A stretch of DNA of 64,000 bases from Candidatus Fervidifonticultor secundus (GTDB lineage Bacteria; Sysuimicrobiota; Sysuimicrobiia; Sysuimicrobiales; Humicultoraceae), in the NCBI GenBank assembly GCA_031459385.1, contig JAVKIP010000002.1, forward strand, positions 128,355 to 192,354, in the 5' to 3' direction. The notes beneath the pieces were generated by a model, which saw only the letters and a list, made by a program, of their open reading frames with translations, ran no database searches and was not told the origin of the DNA. The stretch's first letter is position 1; each line of letters starts with the position of its first letter. The position numbers were made by a program, and so were the translations under genes. Shown here piece after piece: positions 20,865-32,256 of this stretch.

Positions 20865-22547
20865 TTGGACATCACCGTCACGACCGACCTGAAGCATCGC
20901 AGCCGGACCGTCACCGACGGTCTCGAGCGGGCGCCCCACCGGGCCATGTTGCGGGCGACCGGCCTGTCGGATGAGGATCTGCGCCGTCCGTTCGTGGGGG
21001 TCGCCAGCACGTGGAACGAGGTCACGCCGTGCAACCTGAACCTGAACGCGCAGGCTCAGGCCGTGAAGGCGGGGCTCAGGGCGGCGGGCGGCTCCCCGCA
21101 GGAGTTCGGAACGATCGCGGTCAGCGATGCCATCGCCATGGGCCACGAAGGCATGAAGGCGTCCCTCGTCAGCCGCGAGGTCATCGCGGATTCGATCGAG
21201 TTGATGGCTCATGCCGAGTGCTTCGATGCGCTGGTCGCCATCGCCGGCTGCGACAAGAGCCTGCCCGGGTCGCTCATGGCGCTGGCGCGCGTCAACATCC
21301 CGGGGGTGTTCCTGTACGGCGGCACCATCCTGCCCGGGGAGTTCGAGGGGCGCGCCGTCACCGTGCAGGATGTCTACGAGGCGGTGGGCATGGTCGCCGA
21401 CGGCCGCATGCGTCCCGAGGCCCTGGACGTCCTGGAGCACACCGCGTGCCCCGGTGCCGGGGCCTGCGGCGGGCTCTACACGGCCAACACCATGGCCGCG
21501 GCGGCCGAGGCGCTGGGCATGATGCTGCCGGGAGTTGCGTCGATCCCGGCCCTGGATCCCCGGCGACCGGAGGCCTGCCGGCGCACGGGGGCGGCCGTCA
21601 TGCGGCTGCTGCAGGAAGGCATACGGCCGCGCGACATCCTGACCAGGCAGGCGTTCGAGAACGCCATTCGCGTCGTGGTCGCCATGGGGGGCAGCACCAA
21701 CGCGGTCCTGCACCTGCTGGCGATCGCGCGCGAGGCCGGCGTGCCGCTGGCCCTGGAGGACTTCGACCGGCTCAGCCGCACGACTCCCCACATCGCGGAC
21801 ATGCGGCCGGGCGGGCGCTACGTCATGGCCGACCTGGACCGTGCGGGCGGTGTGCCCGTGGTGATGCGCGGGTTGCTGGATGCGGGGCTGCTCCATGGCG
21901 ACTGCATGACGGTCTCCGGCCGCACCGTGCGCGAGAACCTCGAGGGCACGCCGCCGGTCGCCGAGCCCGTGGTGGTCCCCGTCACCCGTCCCCTGGAGCC
22001 GGAGGGCGGTCTGGCCATCCTCACCGGCACGCTGGCACCCGAGGGCGCCGTCATCAAGACCGCGGGCGTACTCCAGAAGACGCACCGCGGTCCGGCCCGC
22101 GTCTTCGATCGCGAGGAGGATGCCTTCAGCGCCGTCGTGGCCGGGCGGATCCAGGCCGGGGACGTCGTCGTCATCCGCTATGAAGGGCCGAAAGGTGGCC
22201 CCGGGATGCGGGAGATGCTGGCGGTGACAGCGGTGCTGATGGGCAAGGGCCTCGGTCCCCATGTGGCGCTCGTCACCGACGGACGCTTCTCGGGCGCCAC
22301 CCACGGGCTGATGGTGGGCCACGTCGCCCCCGAAGCCGCTGCCGGGGGACCCCTGGCGCTCGTGCAGGACGGGGACGTCATCGCTGTTGACATCCCGGCG
22401 CGGCGCCTCGACCTCGAAGTCCCGTCCGACGAGCTGGCGCGGCGCCGGGCGGCGTGGACGGCGCCGCCGCCCCGCTACAGGCATGGGGCCCTGGCCAAGT
22501 ACGCGCGCCTGGTGACCTCTGCGTCCCTCGGTGCTGTCTGCGGCTGA
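20865..22547 (+). CDS. ilvD: Dihydroxy-acid dehydratase
   Basis: [39 protein letters not shown]. Confidence 0.96.
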   Translation: MDITVTTDLKHRSRTVTDGLERAPHRAMLRATGLSDEDLRRPFVGVASTWNEVTPCNLNLNAQAQAVKAGLRAAGGSPQEFGTIAVSDAIAMGHEGMKASLVSREVIADSIELMAHAECFDALVAIAGCDKSLPGSLMALARVNIPGVFLYGGTILPGEFEGRAVTVQDVYEAVGMVADGRMRPEALDVLEHTACPGAGACGGLYTANTMAAAAEALGMMLPGVASIPALDPRRPEACRRTGAAVMRLLQEGIRPRDILTRQAFENAIRVVVAMGGSTNAVLHLLAIAREAGVPLALEDFDRLSRTTPHIADMRPGGRYVMADLDRAGGVPVVMRGLLDAGLLHGDCMTVSGRTVRENLEGTPPVAEPVVVPVTRPLEPEGGLAILTGTLAPEGAVIKTAGVLQKTHRGPARVFDREEDAFSAVVAGRIQAGDVVVIRYEGPKGGPGMREMLAVTAVLMGKGLGPHVALVTDGRFSGATHGLMVGHVAPEAAAGGPLALVQDGDVIAVDIPARRLDLEVPSDELARRRAAWTAPPPRYRHGALAKYARLVTSASLGAVCG

Positions 22548-22637
22548 CGCGGTCCTCCCGGAGAACACGACCCGGCCGGCGCACGTACCATGAGGAGGAG
22601 ACCCGAGATCGTCGGACCGACAGGAGGGCACTCGACC

Positions 22638-23084
22638 ATGCGCGGGCGACACCTGGTGGCACTCGTTGCGACCCTGGCGCTCGTTGGCGCCGCCCCGGTG
22701 GCCTACGGCCAGGACATCTTCGGCATCATCAAGACCCTCGGCGTCGCATACGCGGTGCGCACGTTCGCACCGCAGATCAACAACTTTATCAACGACCTCC
22801 TGCAAAACCGCGGGGTGGCGGTGCGGGAGCAGACCAAGGTCGTGCCCATCCTGAGCATCGCCATCGGCGTGGGCAACCCGGGCGGAGCCTACATCGGAGC
22901 GGCCCAGGTCTCAGGGCCGGCGGCCGCCGTCGCCCGGGTCGAGGCGGTGGCGCTCCTGGAGGCGGATTTCCAGACCGCGTTCCGGATCAAGGCGTACGTG
23001 CCGGTGGACAATCTGAAGCCGTGGGAGGCCTTCCGCCGCGTGCCGGGCGTCGGCGTCTCGGCCATCATCGATCTGCGGATCTGA
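22638..23084 (+). CDS. Hypothetical secreted protein
   Basis: GGAGGG RBS, signal-peptide-like N-terminus, TKVVPILS...YIGAAQVSGP core. Confidence 0.75.
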   Translation: MRGRHLVALVATLALVGAAPVAYGQDIFGIIKTLGVAYAVRTFAPQINNFINDLLQNRGVAVREQTKVVPILSIAIGVGNPGGAYIGAAQVSGPAAAVARVEAVALLEADFQTAFRIKAYVPVDNLKPWEAFRRVPGVGVSAIIDLRI

Positions 23085-23127
23085 TCCGTTTGGGCGGCCC
23101 GGCGCGGGCATGACGCCCCAGCGGCGG

Positions 23128-23223
23128 TGGCGGAGGGCCCTGGGAATCGAACCCAGCCCGGACCGAGCAGGCCCAGCGACCGGTTTTGAAGACCGGGGCC
23201 CGCACCAGCGGACACTGCCCTCC
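23128..23223 (-). tRNA. selC: tRNA-Sec (anticodon UCA)
   Basis: 6-bp D stem with 4-nt loop, CCGGT-CTTCAAA-ACCGG anticodon arm, long variable arm, TTCGATT T loop, GCCA end; selA/selB nearby; TACAAT -10 upstream at 23248-23253. Confidence 0.95.
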
Positions 23224-23286
23224 CCGCACAGCCGGCGCTGCACGAGCATTGTACGGGGCGCATCCCGCGCACGCAAGGCAGCCGCG

Positions 23287-24459
23287 ATGGTGGCTCTGGC
23301 CGCGCTGGTCAGCGGCGTGGACACCGCGCGGCCCGCTGCGGGTGGGGCGCCCTGCGTCATCGTGGAAGGCACGGGCATCGGTACCCTCCGGATTGGGCAG
23401 AGAGTCGCCGAGGCGCTCGCCGCCGCCGGCGGCGTCACGCAAGAGCGCCCCGCGGGCCGCGAGACGCTCTATACCCTGCGCGCGCCGTGGGCGGAACTGG
23501 CGGTCGTCGGTGGCCGCGTCGAGCGCATCTCGACGCGGTCCCGCGAGTGCCGCACGGCCCGGGGACTTGGCGTGGGCTCATCGGCGGCAGCCGTGCGGGC
23601 AGCGTACGCCAGTGAGCCGGCCAGCGTGGTGGTTGCGGTGGCGGGCGGCGACCTGTTGAGCTACCCGTTCGCCGGCATTCGTTTCCTCCTCAGCGGCGAC
23701 CGGGTTGTGGCCGTCGAGGTCCTGCCGGCGGAGCGGCTGAGTCGTACTCCCTCCACCCCGACCCCGGCAGCCACGGCGACACCGGGGGCGCCGGGTGTGG
23801 CGTCGCCCGCGGCCACGGGCTGGACGCTTGGACGGCTCTCGGCTACGGTCGACAACCTGATCCTCGTGGTCTCGGGCGTCGTGACCAACCGCGGCCGCGC
23901 CCAGGCCGCCTACGCCGAGGTGCGGGCGCTGGGTCCGGACGGGGTGCCCGTCGCCCAGGGAGATGCGCCCCTGGTGCCCACGCCCGTGCCTGCCGGCGGC
24001 ACCGCTACGTTCGAAGTCCGGCTCGCGATCGACACCGTGGTGCGGCGGTATGTCGTGACGATCCGACCGGCCGGGTCGCTCACGGCATCGCTGGCCGATG
24101 CGGCAGGCGAGATCACGAACCTGCAGCAGTTCGCAGGCATCGTGGCCCGACAGCTCCAGATCGCGGTCGCCGTCCAGGCGACCCCCCCGACGGGCGACGA
24201 CTTCCTGGTGGTAGTCACCAACGGCAGCGGCGTCGTGGTCGCGAGCGTCGCGGTCGCCGCCGAAGTGACGGTGACGTGTCGCATCGCGGTGCCGACACCG
24301 CGTATCATTCAGGAGGTGCGTACAGGCAGCGCGGTCGTGGTGCAGATCCGGCCCGGGGGACAGGGCCGGGCCCCGCTGCCGCTATCGCCCGGGGCTTGCG
24401 CCGGGTTCGCCACGTGGACCGCCTCGACACGGGTCGGCGAGGTTCGGATCGGGGAATAG
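23287..24459 (+). CDS. Putative secreted multi-domain protein with FxLYD/Ig-like domains
   Basis: Hydrophobic N-terminus, Pro/Thr linker, VSGVVTN...AEVRALG..G....G...L...V..G.TATFEV; start uncertain (the longer ORF overlaps selC). Confidence 0.65.
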   Translation: MVALAALVSGVDTARPAAGGAPCVIVEGTGIGTLRIGQRVAEALAAAGGVTQERPAGRETLYTLRAPWAELAVVGGRVERISTRSRECRTARGLGVGSSAAAVRAAYASEPASVVVAVAGGDLLSYPFAGIRFLLSGDRVVAVEVLPAERLSRTPSTPTPAATATPGAPGVASPAATGWTLGRLSATVDNLILVVSGVVTNRGRAQAAYAEVRALGPDGVPVAQGDAPLVPTPVPAGGTATFEVRLAIDTVVRRYVVTIRPAGSLTASLADAAGEITNLQQFAGIVARQLQIAVAVQATPPTGDDFLVVVTNGSGVVVASVAVAAEVTVTCRIAVPTPRIIQEVRTGSAVVVQIRPGGQGRAPLPLSPGACAGFATWTASTRVGEVRIGE

Positions 24460-24526
24460 GTAGTTTCGGAGCTCGGAGCGGCCGCCGGCGCGTCGAGCCC
24501 CGCACCCGGAATCTCAGGAGGTCGCC

Positions 24527-25318
24527 ATGGGATATCGTCGCTGGCTCGCCGTGCTGGCACTGACGGCACTCGTGATCCCCGCGGTGCCGACGCCGGGGAA
24601 CAGCGCGCCGACGCCAGGTCCGTCACCGGGCGCATCGCCCTCCCCGGCGCCCAGCCCGTCGCCGACGACCGCGCCGGGCACCTGGCGCGTGCGGTCATCG
24701 GCGGCCCGGGTCGAGAACACCGACCTGGTGGTCACCGGCACGGTAGAGAACCGCGCCATGGCCCAGACGGCCTACGCGGAAGTGCGTGCGTTCGACGCGG
24801 CCGGGCGCCTCCTCGGCGAGGGGAACGCCCCCCTGCAGCCCGCGTTGGTACGGACCGACAGCACCGCCACCTTCGAGGTGCGGGTCCCGGTGTCGGCGAT
24901 CGTGCGGCGCTACGAGGTCATCATCCGCGCGGCGAACCGCACGACGGTGCTGGCCCGCCACGTGGCCGAGATCCGGACACCGGAGATCTTCGCGCCACTG
25001 GTCGCCCGGATGCTGCAGGTCACGGTGCGGGCCACGAAGCCCGATCCCGGCCGCGCAGACTTCGTGGCCACGGTGACCAACGGCGCGTCGCTGCCGGTGG
25101 AGAGCGCGGTGGTCACCGTGGATGTGAAGGTCACGTGCCGCCTGGGCGTACAGGCCCGGTTCGTCGAGGAGACCTGGACCGCGACGGTGCGCGTGCAGCG
25201 CCTCGCCGTCGGGGCCTCGGCGGACGTGCCCCTGGCGCTCACCGGTGGCGTCTGCGAGGGCGTGGCGGTCTCGTGGTCGGCATCGTACCGACCGGGTGAG
25301 GTGAAGATCGGATCGTGA
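24527..25318 (+). CDS. Putative secreted FxLYD/Ig-like domain protein (paralog of the upstream gene)
   Basis: GGAGG RBS, signal peptide, Pro/Ser linker, VTGTVEN...AEVRAFDAAG....G...L......TATFEV. Confidence 0.75.
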   Translation: MGYRRWLAVLALTALVIPAVPTPGNSAPTPGPSPGASPSPAPSPSPTTAPGTWRVRSSAARVENTDLVVTGTVENRAMAQTAYAEVRAFDAAGRLLGEGNAPLQPALVRTDSTATFEVRVPVSAIVRRYEVIIRAANRTTVLARHVAEIRTPEIFAPLVARMLQVTVRATKPDPGRADFVATVTNGASLPVESAVVTVDVKVTCRLGVQARFVEETWTATVRVQRLAVGASADVPLALTGGVCEGVAVSWSASYRPGEVKIGS

Positions 25319-25357
25319 ACAGGCGGTCCGCGCGCCCGCCGCTACCAGGGAGCCCGG

Positions 25358-27274
25358 CTACCCAGGAGCCCGCGGGCCGGCCGCGGCTTCGGGGCCAAGC
25401 ACCCGGCGGTCTCCAACGCGGCGCGTAACGCGCATCGCGTCGAAGTACTCGAGCAGCGCCAGCGCGTAGCGCCGGCTGGTGCCCAGCCGGTCGCGCAGCG
25501 AGGCCACCGTGATCTCGTCGCCCTCGGCCGCCATGGCCACGACCGTGCGGCGCGCCGCGTCGAGGGCCGAAGTGGCGATGCGCAGATCCGGCGCGATGAC
25601 GACCACCTCCCCGTCGTCCGCGAGCACCTGGAGTACGGCCTCCACGGCCGAGGCCGGCCCCAGGCGCTTGAGCTCGTCCACCGTGGGCGGCGCCCAGGCC
25701 GTCCGCCGCAACTCTGCCAGCACGAGGTCGCGCAGCCGGCGCTGGGCGTCGGTGAGCACCGGGGTGAACCCGGCCCGCGCCACGAACCCGCGGTCGATCA
25801 CGACGCTACCCGCAGCCAGCAGGTCGGCCAGCACAGCGTCGAAGAGGTGGTCTCCCCCGTCGGCTACACGCGTCTTGAGCTCTTCCCTGGGGATCCCGCG
25901 GCGCCAGGGGGCCGTCCGGTGGTGGTCGTCGAGCGTCTGTTCGATGACCTGGCGCAGGCGAGCCACCACGGGTGCCGCGTAGAGGCGCCCTGCCAAGCGC
26001 ACCACCGCACCCGTTGCCCGTGCGCGCTCCAGCGCCTCTGCGGCCCCCGCGGGGGCCAGGCCCGCTGCCGCCGGGAGTTCAGCCGGTGCGAGGCCGCGGT
26101 GCGCGCCCTCGGTCACGGCGGCCACCACCAGCGCCACGGGACCCTCACGTTCCACCGCTTCGAGCACGGCACGGATCTCGGCGCGTCGCTCGCGCCGTGG
26201 CGGCGACGCCCGCAGCACGATCCCGCCTCCCAGCGTCTGGGTCGGCGAGTACCGCCGGATGACGAAGCGATCGCCATGGACTGCCACGACGGGGCGCTCG
26301 AGCCGGATCTCGGCGAGCACCCCGCTGCTCGGTGCCAGGCCATGGCGATCTGCCAGGACGACCCGGCCGACGGCAACCCCCGCACCCAGGTGCACGTGGA
26401 CGGGCGCCCCGTGGCGCAGGGCCGGCGCCGCGGGCAGCACCTGCAGGCGGACGTCCAGGCGCGTCGTGGGGCGAAAGGCCCCCGGCGTCGCCAGGACGTC
26501 GCCCCGCTCCACTTCGTGCTTCTCGACGCCGCTGAGATTCACCGCGACTCGACTCCCGGCCCACGCCTCCCGGACCGTCTCCCCGTGCACCTGCAGTCCG
26601 CGCACTCGCACCGACCGGCCAGCCGGGAGGATCTCGAGTGCGTCGCCCGGCCGCACGGTTCCGCTCCACAGCGTGCCGGTAACCACGGTCCCGAATCCCT
26701 GGATCGTGAACGCCCGGTCGAGGGGCAGGCGCACCGGCCCGCTGGCATCACGAGCAGGCAGCGCAGCCACGAGGCTGTCGAGGATCGCCACCAGTGCCGG
26801 CAACCCCTCGCCGGTTTTCGCCGACACGGCCACCACCGGCGCACCTTCCAGCGGCGACCCGATCACCAGGGCACGGATCTCCTCGGAGACGATCTCGAGC
26901 CATTCGGGTTCAGACACGAGATCGGCCTTGGTCAGCACCACGACGCCGCCGGTCACGGGGAGGAACCGCAGGATATCCAGGTGTTCGCGGGTCTGGGGCA
27001 TCACGCCCTCGTCTGCTGCGACCACCAGCATGACGAGATCTAGCCCGCCCGCACCGGCCAGCATATTGTGCACCAGTGCCTCGTGCCCGGGGACGTCTAC
27101 GATCCCGACGCGCACGCCGCTGGGCAGGTCCAGGTGCGCGAAGCCCAGGTCCAGGGTCATCCCCCGGCGCTGCTCCTCCGCGAGCCGATCCGGATCGATG
27201 CCCGTGAGCGCCCGCACCAGGGCACTCTTCCCGTGGTCGATGTGCCCGGCGGTGCCGATCGTGACCGGCCGCAT
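25358..27274 (-). CDS. selB: Selenocysteine-specific elongation factor
   Basis: [26 protein letters not shown]-terminal winged helix [13 protein letters not shown]. Confidence 0.96.
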   Translation of the reverse strand: MRPVTIGTAGHIDHGKSALVRALTGIDPDRLAEEQRRGMTLDLGFAHLDLPSGVRVGIVDVPGHEALVHNMLAGAGGLDLVMLVVAADEGVMPQTREHLDILRFLPVTGGVVVLTKADLVSEPEWLEIVSEEIRALVIGSPLEGAPVVAVSAKTGEGLPALVAILDSLVAALPARDASGPVRLPLDRAFTIQGFGTVVTGTLWSGTVRPGDALEILPAGRSVRVRGLQVHGETVREAWAGSRVAVNLSGVEKHEVERGDVLATPGAFRPTTRLDVRLQVLPAAPALRHGAPVHVHLGAGVAVGRVVLADRHGLAPSSGVLAEIRLERPVVAVHGDRFVIRRYSPTQTLGGGIVLRASPPRRERRAEIRAVLEAVEREGPVALVVAAVTEGAHRGLAPAELPAAAGLAPAGAAEALERARATGAVVRLAGRLYAAPVVARLRQVIEQTLDDHHRTAPWRRGIPREELKTRVADGGDHLFDAVLADLLAAGSVVIDRGFVARAGFTPVLTDAQRRLRDLVLAELRRTAWAPPTVDELKRLGPASAVEAVLQVLADDGEVVVIAPDLRIATSALDAARRTVVAMAAEGDEITVASLRDRLGTSRRYALALLEYFDAMRVTRRVGDRRVLGPEAAAGPRAPG

Positions 27275-28677
27275 CACCGGTCGGTCACGAGCACCCGGGC
27301 GACGGCATCACGAATCGCCTGCTCGTCACCGGGGAGCAGTGTCAAGGTGTCGAGCAGCAGGGCGTCGTCGCGTACGACGCCGACCACCGGACGCGAAGCC
27401 CTGCGCAGGCGGCGAGCCCATTCGGCTGCCGGGGTCTGGGTCGGCTGCACCGCCACGGCATAGGATGGGATCGGCACGTCGGGCAACGCCCCCCCGCCCA
27501 TCTCGCCCTGCGTGGGGACGACGCTCACGCGGGCAGATGGACCGCACACGCGCGCCAGGGCCCGGGCCAGCGTCGTCGCCCGGCGGCGCCGGCGCGAGAG
27601 GGACGTCGCCAGCATCGCCAGCACCGGGATCTCCCGCCAGGCCTGTGCCGGATCCAGGTAGGCGCGCAGCGTCGCGGCCAGCGCAGCCAGGCTGAGCTTG
27701 TCGAGACGCACGGCGCGCGCCAGGGGATGGCGACGGCACCGCTCGACTGCCTCCCGCCGTCCCACCAGCACACCGGCCTGCGGGCCGCCAAGCAACTTGT
27801 CGGCGGAGAAGAGCACCAGATCGGCGCCCGCGGCCACCGCGGTCTGTACCGTCGGTTCCTGTGGCAGGCCGACCGTCCGCAGGTCCACGAGGCACCCGCT
27901 GCCCAGGTCGTAGACCACCGGCACTCCCCGCTGCCGGCCCAGCGCCACCAGTTCGTCGAGGGCCGTCTCGTGCACAAAGCCGCGGACGGTGAAGTTGCTC
28001 CGGTGCACCTTCAGCAGCACGCCGGTCGCCGGGCTCAGTGCGGCTTCGTAGTCGGCCCGATAGGTACGGTTGGTGGTGCCGACCTCCACCAGCCGGGCAC
28101 CGCTCTGTGCCATCACGGCCGGCATCCGAAAGCTTCCGCCGATCTCCACCAGTTCGCCCCGGCTGACCACGGCCTCCCGGCCGGCGCTCAGGGCTGCGAG
28201 CGCCAGCGTCACGGCCGAGGCGTTGTTGTTGACCGCGAAGCCGGCTTCGGCGCCGGTCGTGGCGCGCAGCAGGTCCTCCAGGTGCGCATGGCGGTTTCCC
28301 CGCCCCCCGCTGTCCAGGTCGATCTCCAGCGTGGCATAACCGAGCATTGTCTGGACCACGGCCAGGCGGGCAGCTTCGGACAGGGGAGCCCGCCCGAGGT
28401 TCGTGTGCAGCACGATGCCGGTGGCGTTGATCGCAGGCCGCAGGGAGCCGCCGAACTGGCGGTCGAGGCGAGCGGCCACCTCTGCGATCAGGCCGTCCAC
28501 CGAGACGCTGGCCTCGCCGCCTGCACGCAGGCGTCTGCGCACGGCATCGAGCGTCTCGCGCGCGCAGAGCGTCGCTGCCCGGCGCGGCAGGCCCGCCAGC
28601 TGCCCACGGGCCTGCAGGGCGCCCACCAGCCGGTCAACCGACGGGAGCCGCCGGAGCGCGGCGCGGGGGTCGTCCAT
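27274..28677 (-). CDS. selA: L-seryl-tRNA(Sec) selenium transferase
   Basis: [43 protein letters not shown]. Confidence 0.96.
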   Translation of the reverse strand: MDDPRAALRRLPSVDRLVGALQARGQLAGLPRRAATLCARETLDAVRRRLRAGGEASVSVDGLIAEVAARLDRQFGGSLRPAINATGIVLHTNLGRAPLSEAARLAVVQTMLGYATLEIDLDSGGRGNRHAHLEDLLRATTGAEAGFAVNNNASAVTLALAALSAGREAVVSRGELVEIGGSFRMPAVMAQSGARLVEVGTTNRTYRADYEAALSPATGVLLKVHRSNFTVRGFVHETALDELVALGRQRGVPVVYDLGSGCLVDLRTVGLPQEPTVQTAVAAGADLVLFSADKLLGGPQAGVLVGRREAVERCRRHPLARAVRLDKLSLAALAATLRAYLDPAQAWREIPVLAMLATSLSRRRRRATTLARALARVCGPSARVSVVPTQGEMGGGALPDVPIPSYAVAVQPTQTPAAEWARRLRRASRPVVGVVRDDALLLDTLTLLPGDEQAIRDAVARVLVTDR

Positions 28678-28691
28678 CGTCGCGTGCCCGC

Positions 28692-28904
28692 CTACCGCAG
28701 CAGGCTTCCCAACACGAGGGCGCCGGTCGCCACGATTACCGTCACCACTCCCAGCCGGACCAGATCGGCTCGCAGCCATCGCATGAGCTCCTCGGGCCGA
28801 TCGGTCACCGCCACCGGGCCGCTCGTCGCCCGCAGCCGTGTCCCACACCGTGTGCAGACGATCTTGCCTGCAGGGTTCTCTGTACCGCATCGCTGGCAGC
28901 GCAT
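28692..28904 (-). CDS. Small zinc-ribbon membrane protein
   Basis: CQRCG...CTRCG plus a C-terminal TM helix; GAGGAG RBS. Confidence 0.75.
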   Translation of the reverse strand: MRCQRCGTENPAGKIVCTRCGTRLRATSGPVAVTDRPEELMRWLRADLVRLGVVTVIVATGALVLGSLLR

Positions 28905-28950
28905 CTTCCGGCTCCTCTCGTCCGACGGATCGGCGCCGCCCGAATCGCGC

Positions 28951-29814
28951 CTACTCGGTGGCCAGGGCGAGATCGGGGGGCTGCTCGACCGGTTGGCGAC
29001 GCGCGGCGGCCTCGCGCAGCGGCGGAATCAGGATCTCGGGCACGTACTGGCTGCCCACCGCCACGCGCGTGGCGATCTCGCCGCCGTGGAAGTCGGTCCC
29101 GCCGGTCATCAGCAGGCCGTACCGTGCTGCCACGGCCGCATAGCGCTCGACCTGCGCCGGGCTGTGGTCGGGGTAGTACACCTCGATGCCGTCCAGGCCG
29201 GCCGCGACCAGGTCGGGCACGAGCGCGTCGTTGTCTCCCCACCCGGGATGGGCCAGCACCGCCAGCCCGCCGGCAGCCCTGATCACGTGTACTGCCTCCG
29301 GGGGGCTGATCTTCACGCGCTCGACGTAGGCGGGCCCGGCTCGCCCGATGTACCGGTCGAACGCTTCGGCGACGTCCCGGACGTGCCCCGCCTCGACCAG
29401 CGCCCGCGCGACGTGCGGCCGGCCGACGGCGCCGCCTGCGGCCAGCGCGGCGACGCGCTCGAACGACACCGGCGCGCCCAGGGCCGCCAGGCGCTCCACC
29501 ATCCGTCGTGCACGCTCGGTGCGCCCGGCGCGCAGCCGGTTCAGCAGGTCCTGGAACCACGCCAGCCGATGGTGCACGAAGTACCCGAGCACATGCACCT
29601 CGCCAGCCGGCACGTCGCACGAGAGCTCCACGCCAGGCCATACCTCCAGGCTCAGCGCCCGGCCCGCATCCATCGCGGCGTCGACGCCCGCGGTGGTATC
29701 GTGGTCGGTGACGGCCAGCAGGCCGACGTCCCGCGCGCGCGCCTCGGCCACCAGCGCCGCCGGCTCGAGCAGCCCGTCCGACGCGGTGGTGTGCGTGTGC
29801 AGGTCGATGCGCAC
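28951..29814 (-). CDS. PHP-domain phosphoesterase (TrpH/YciV-like)
   Basis: DLHTHTTASDG, TDHD, AHP, GGTDFHG. Confidence 0.9.
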   Translation of the reverse strand: MRIDLHTHTTASDGLLEPAALVAEARARDVGLLAVTDHDTTAGVDAAMDAGRALSLEVWPGVELSCDVPAGEVHVLGYFVHHRLAWFQDLLNRLRAGRTERARRMVERLAALGAPVSFERVAALAAGGAVGRPHVARALVEAGHVRDVAEAFDRYIGRAGPAYVERVKISPPEAVHVIRAAGGLAVLAHPGWGDNDALVPDLVAAGLDGIEVYYPDHSPAQVERYAAVAARYGLLMTGGTDFHGGEIATRVAVGSQYVPEILIPPLREAAARRQPVEQPPDLALATE

Positions 29815-30596
29815 TAGTCCTCCTCGACCACCTGGAGGCGCCGGATGGAGGTCGCGTGGCCGGCCTCTGTAATCTCCACCACCACGGCGTTGAGCTGCAC
29901 GGGACCCGGCGCCACCTCGAATCGCACCGGGAGCTGGGTCAGGAACCGCTCGAGGATGCTCTCGCGGGCCATGCCGATGATCCCATCGCGCGGCCCGGTC
30001 ATGCCCACGTCGGTGATATAGGCGGTACCGCCGGGCAGCACGCGCTCGTCCGCTGTCTGCACATGGGTGTGGGTGCCGACGACGGCGCTCACGCGGCCGT
30101 CCAGGTACCAGCCCATCGCCACTTTCTCCGACGTCGCCTCGGCGTGAAAGTCGACGATGATCGCCGGCGTCACTGCCCGCAGGCGGGCCGCCTCTTCGCG
30201 GGCGATGCGGAAGGGATCGTCGAGCGCCTGCATGAACACGCGGCCCTCCAGGTTCAGCACCCCGAGGGCGGTCCCGTCCGCCAGGCGCACGACGGCGGCG
30301 CCACGGCCCGGCACACCCGCCGGGTAGTTGGCCGGCCGGAACACGCGGGGATCGCTGTCCAGCAGCGCGTAGGCCTCCCGGTTCTTCCAGATGTGGTTGC
30401 CACCGGTCAGGACGTCCACGCCGACGGCGAACAGCTCCGCCGCCACCTCGGCCGTCAGGCCCATCCCCCCAGCGGCGTTTTCGCCGTTGGCCACCACGAT
30501 GTTGACGGCGTGCTCGCAGCGCAGCTGCGGGAGCCGGCGGGCGAGGATCCGCCGGCCGGGCCGCCCGGTGACATCGCCGACGAACAGGATCCGCAC
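29814..30596 (-). CDS. ymdB: YmdB-family 2',3'-cyclic nucleotide phosphodiesterase
   Basis: ILFVGD, NGEN, GNH, DFHAEATSEK, GTHTHV; follows rny. Confidence 0.93.
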   Translation of the reverse strand: MRILFVGDVTGRPGRRILARRLPQLRCEHAVNIVVANGENAAGGMGLTAEVAAELFAVGVDVLTGGNHIWKNREAYALLDSDPRVFRPANYPAGVPGRGAAVVRLADGTALGVLNLEGRVFMQALDDPFRIAREEAARLRAVTPAIIVDFHAEATSEKVAMGWYLDGRVSAVVGTHTHVQTADERVLPGGTAYITDVGMTGPRDGIIGMARESILERFLTQLPVRFEVAPGPVQLNAVVVEITEAGHATSIRRLQVVEED

Positions 30597-30600
30597 CGGC

Positions 30601-32151
30601 CTACCGTGCGTACTCCACGATCCGGGTCTCGCGCAGTACCGTGACCTTGATCTGCCCGGGGTACTCGAGATCCTGCTCGATCTTCCGTGCGATCTCCCGG
30701 GCCAGCGTGGCCGCCCCCAGGTCGTCCACATCCTGCGGCCGGACGATCACCCGGATCTCCCGGCCCGCCTGGATCGCGTACGCCTTCTCCACGCCGGGGA
30801 ACGAGGTCGCCAGTCCCTCCAGGGTCTGCAGCCGCTTGATGTACATCTCCACGGTCTCTTTGCGGGCCCCTGGCCGGCTGGCCGAGATGGCGTCGGCGGC
30901 CGCGACCAGCACCGCCTCGAGACAGATCGGCTCCTCCTCCCCGTGGTGGTACGCGATGGCGTTGAGCACCTCCGGGGGCTCGTGGTAGCGCCGGCAGAGG
31001 TCCATGCCGACCTGCACGTGGGTCCCTTCCACCTCGTGGGTGAGCGCCTTGCCGATATCGTGGAGCAGGCCGGCCCGGCGCGCCAGCTTGGCATCGGCCC
31101 CCAGGTGCTCGGCCAGCAGTCCCGCCAGCAGGGCGACCTCCACCGAGTGCTTGAGCAGGTTCTGGCCATAGGAGTGCCGGTAGCGCAGGCGGCCCAGCAC
31201 CTTCATCTCCTCGGGGTGCAGCCCGTGCACCCCGGCTTCCAGGGCCGCCTGCTCGCCAGCCTCCCGCACCTGCTCGTCCAGGTCCCGCCGGGCCTTCTCG
31301 ACGACCTCCTCGATCCGGCCGGGATGGATCCGCCCATCCACCATGAGCTGCTCCAGCGCGATCCGGGCCACTTCCCGTCGGATCGGGTCGAAGGAGGAGA
31401 TGGTCACGGCCTCCGGGGTATCGTCGATGATCAGGTCCACGCCCGTCAGGTTCTCGAGGGTTCTGATATTGCGACCCTCGCGGCCGATGATGCGGCCTTT
31501 CATCTCCTCGTTCGGCAGGGGGACGACCGTGACCGTGACTTCCGCAGTGTGCTCGGCGGCACATCGCTGGATCGCCAGCGCCAGAATATCCCGCGCTCGG
31601 CGATCGCCTTCATCGCGGGCCTCGTTCTCGATGCGACGTATGAGCTGCGCGGCCTCATTGCGCGCGCTCCGTTCCACCTGCGCTAGCAGTTGTGCACGGG
31701 CCTCCTCCGCGGTCAGCCCGGCCACCCGCTGCAACTCGACCAGCTGCTGCTGCTTGAGCCGTTCCGCCTCCTCCCGCAGCGCCGCCAGGTGCTGTGCCTC
31801 TTCCGCCTGCTGGCGCTCGCGCCGTTCCAGACTCTCCAGCTTCCGCTCCAGGTTCTCCTCACGCTGTCCCAAGCGCCGTTCCAGACGCTGCAGTTCCGCC
31901 CGCTGCTCTCGGATCTCCCGTTCGGCATCCCGCTTGAGCCGGAAGGCCTCGTCCTTGGCTTCGACGATGATCTCCCGGTGCTTCGCTTCGGCCTCCTTCT
32001 TGGCGTCTTCGACAATCCGATGGGCATGCTCTTCAGCGGACTTGATTCGCGCCTCGGCGATGGTCCTGCGCAGGAGGTACCCGAGGAGGAGTGCGATCAG
32101 CCCCACGACGATGGTGACGGTGTACGTACCCAGGGCGTCGATGATGGACAC
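30601..32151 (-). CDS. rny: Ribonuclease Y
   Basis: N-terminal TM, coiled coil, KH motif [15 protein letters not shown] motif LLHDIGK. Confidence 0.98.
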   Translation of the reverse strand: MSIIDALGTYTVTIVVGLIALLLGYLLRRTIAEARIKSAEEHAHRIVEDAKKEAEAKHREIIVEAKDEAFRLKRDAEREIREQRAELQRLERRLGQREENLERKLESLERRERQQAEEAQHLAALREEAERLKQQQLVELQRVAGLTAEEARAQLLAQVERSARNEAAQLIRRIENEARDEGDRRARDILALAIQRCAAEHTAEVTVTVVPLPNEEMKGRIIGREGRNIRTLENLTGVDLIIDDTPEAVTISSFDPIRREVARIALEQLMVDGRIHPGRIEEVVEKARRDLDEQVREAGEQAALEAGVHGLHPEEMKVLGRLRYRHSYGQNLLKHSVEVALLAGLLAEHLGADAKLARRAGLLHDIGKALTHEVEGTHVQVGMDLCRRYHEPPEVLNAIAYHHGEEEPICLEAVLVAAADAISASRPGARKETVEMYIKRLQTLEGLATSFPGVEKAYAIQAGREIRVIVRPQDVDDLGAATLAREIARKIEQDLEYPGQIKVTVLRETRIVEYAR

Positions 32152-32226
32152 CTCCCTCGGCTGTCAGTGACCTCGCGCGCATCACCCTCCGGTTGGTCCA
32201 GGATGTGGCCGTCAGGTTGTCAAAAC

Positions 32227-32256
32227 ATTGTAGCGAGGAATCGAAAAGAGCGTCAA
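32227..32256 (-). promoter_or_regulatory. sigma70-type promoter of the rny operon
   Basis: TTGACG-N18-TACAAT on the minus strand. Confidence 0.65.

Noticed and set aside
22530..22600. Sec read-through of the ilvD TGA after ...VCG
   Set aside because: IlvD normally ends at this position and no convincing SECIS hairpin follows
23084..23130. Integrative element at the selC 3' end
   Set aside because: No integrase and no duplicated tRNA 3' end seen
23110..23286. 5' extension of the 23110-24459 ORF
   Set aside because: It overlaps tRNA-Sec and its promoter on the opposite strand; a later start is more plausible
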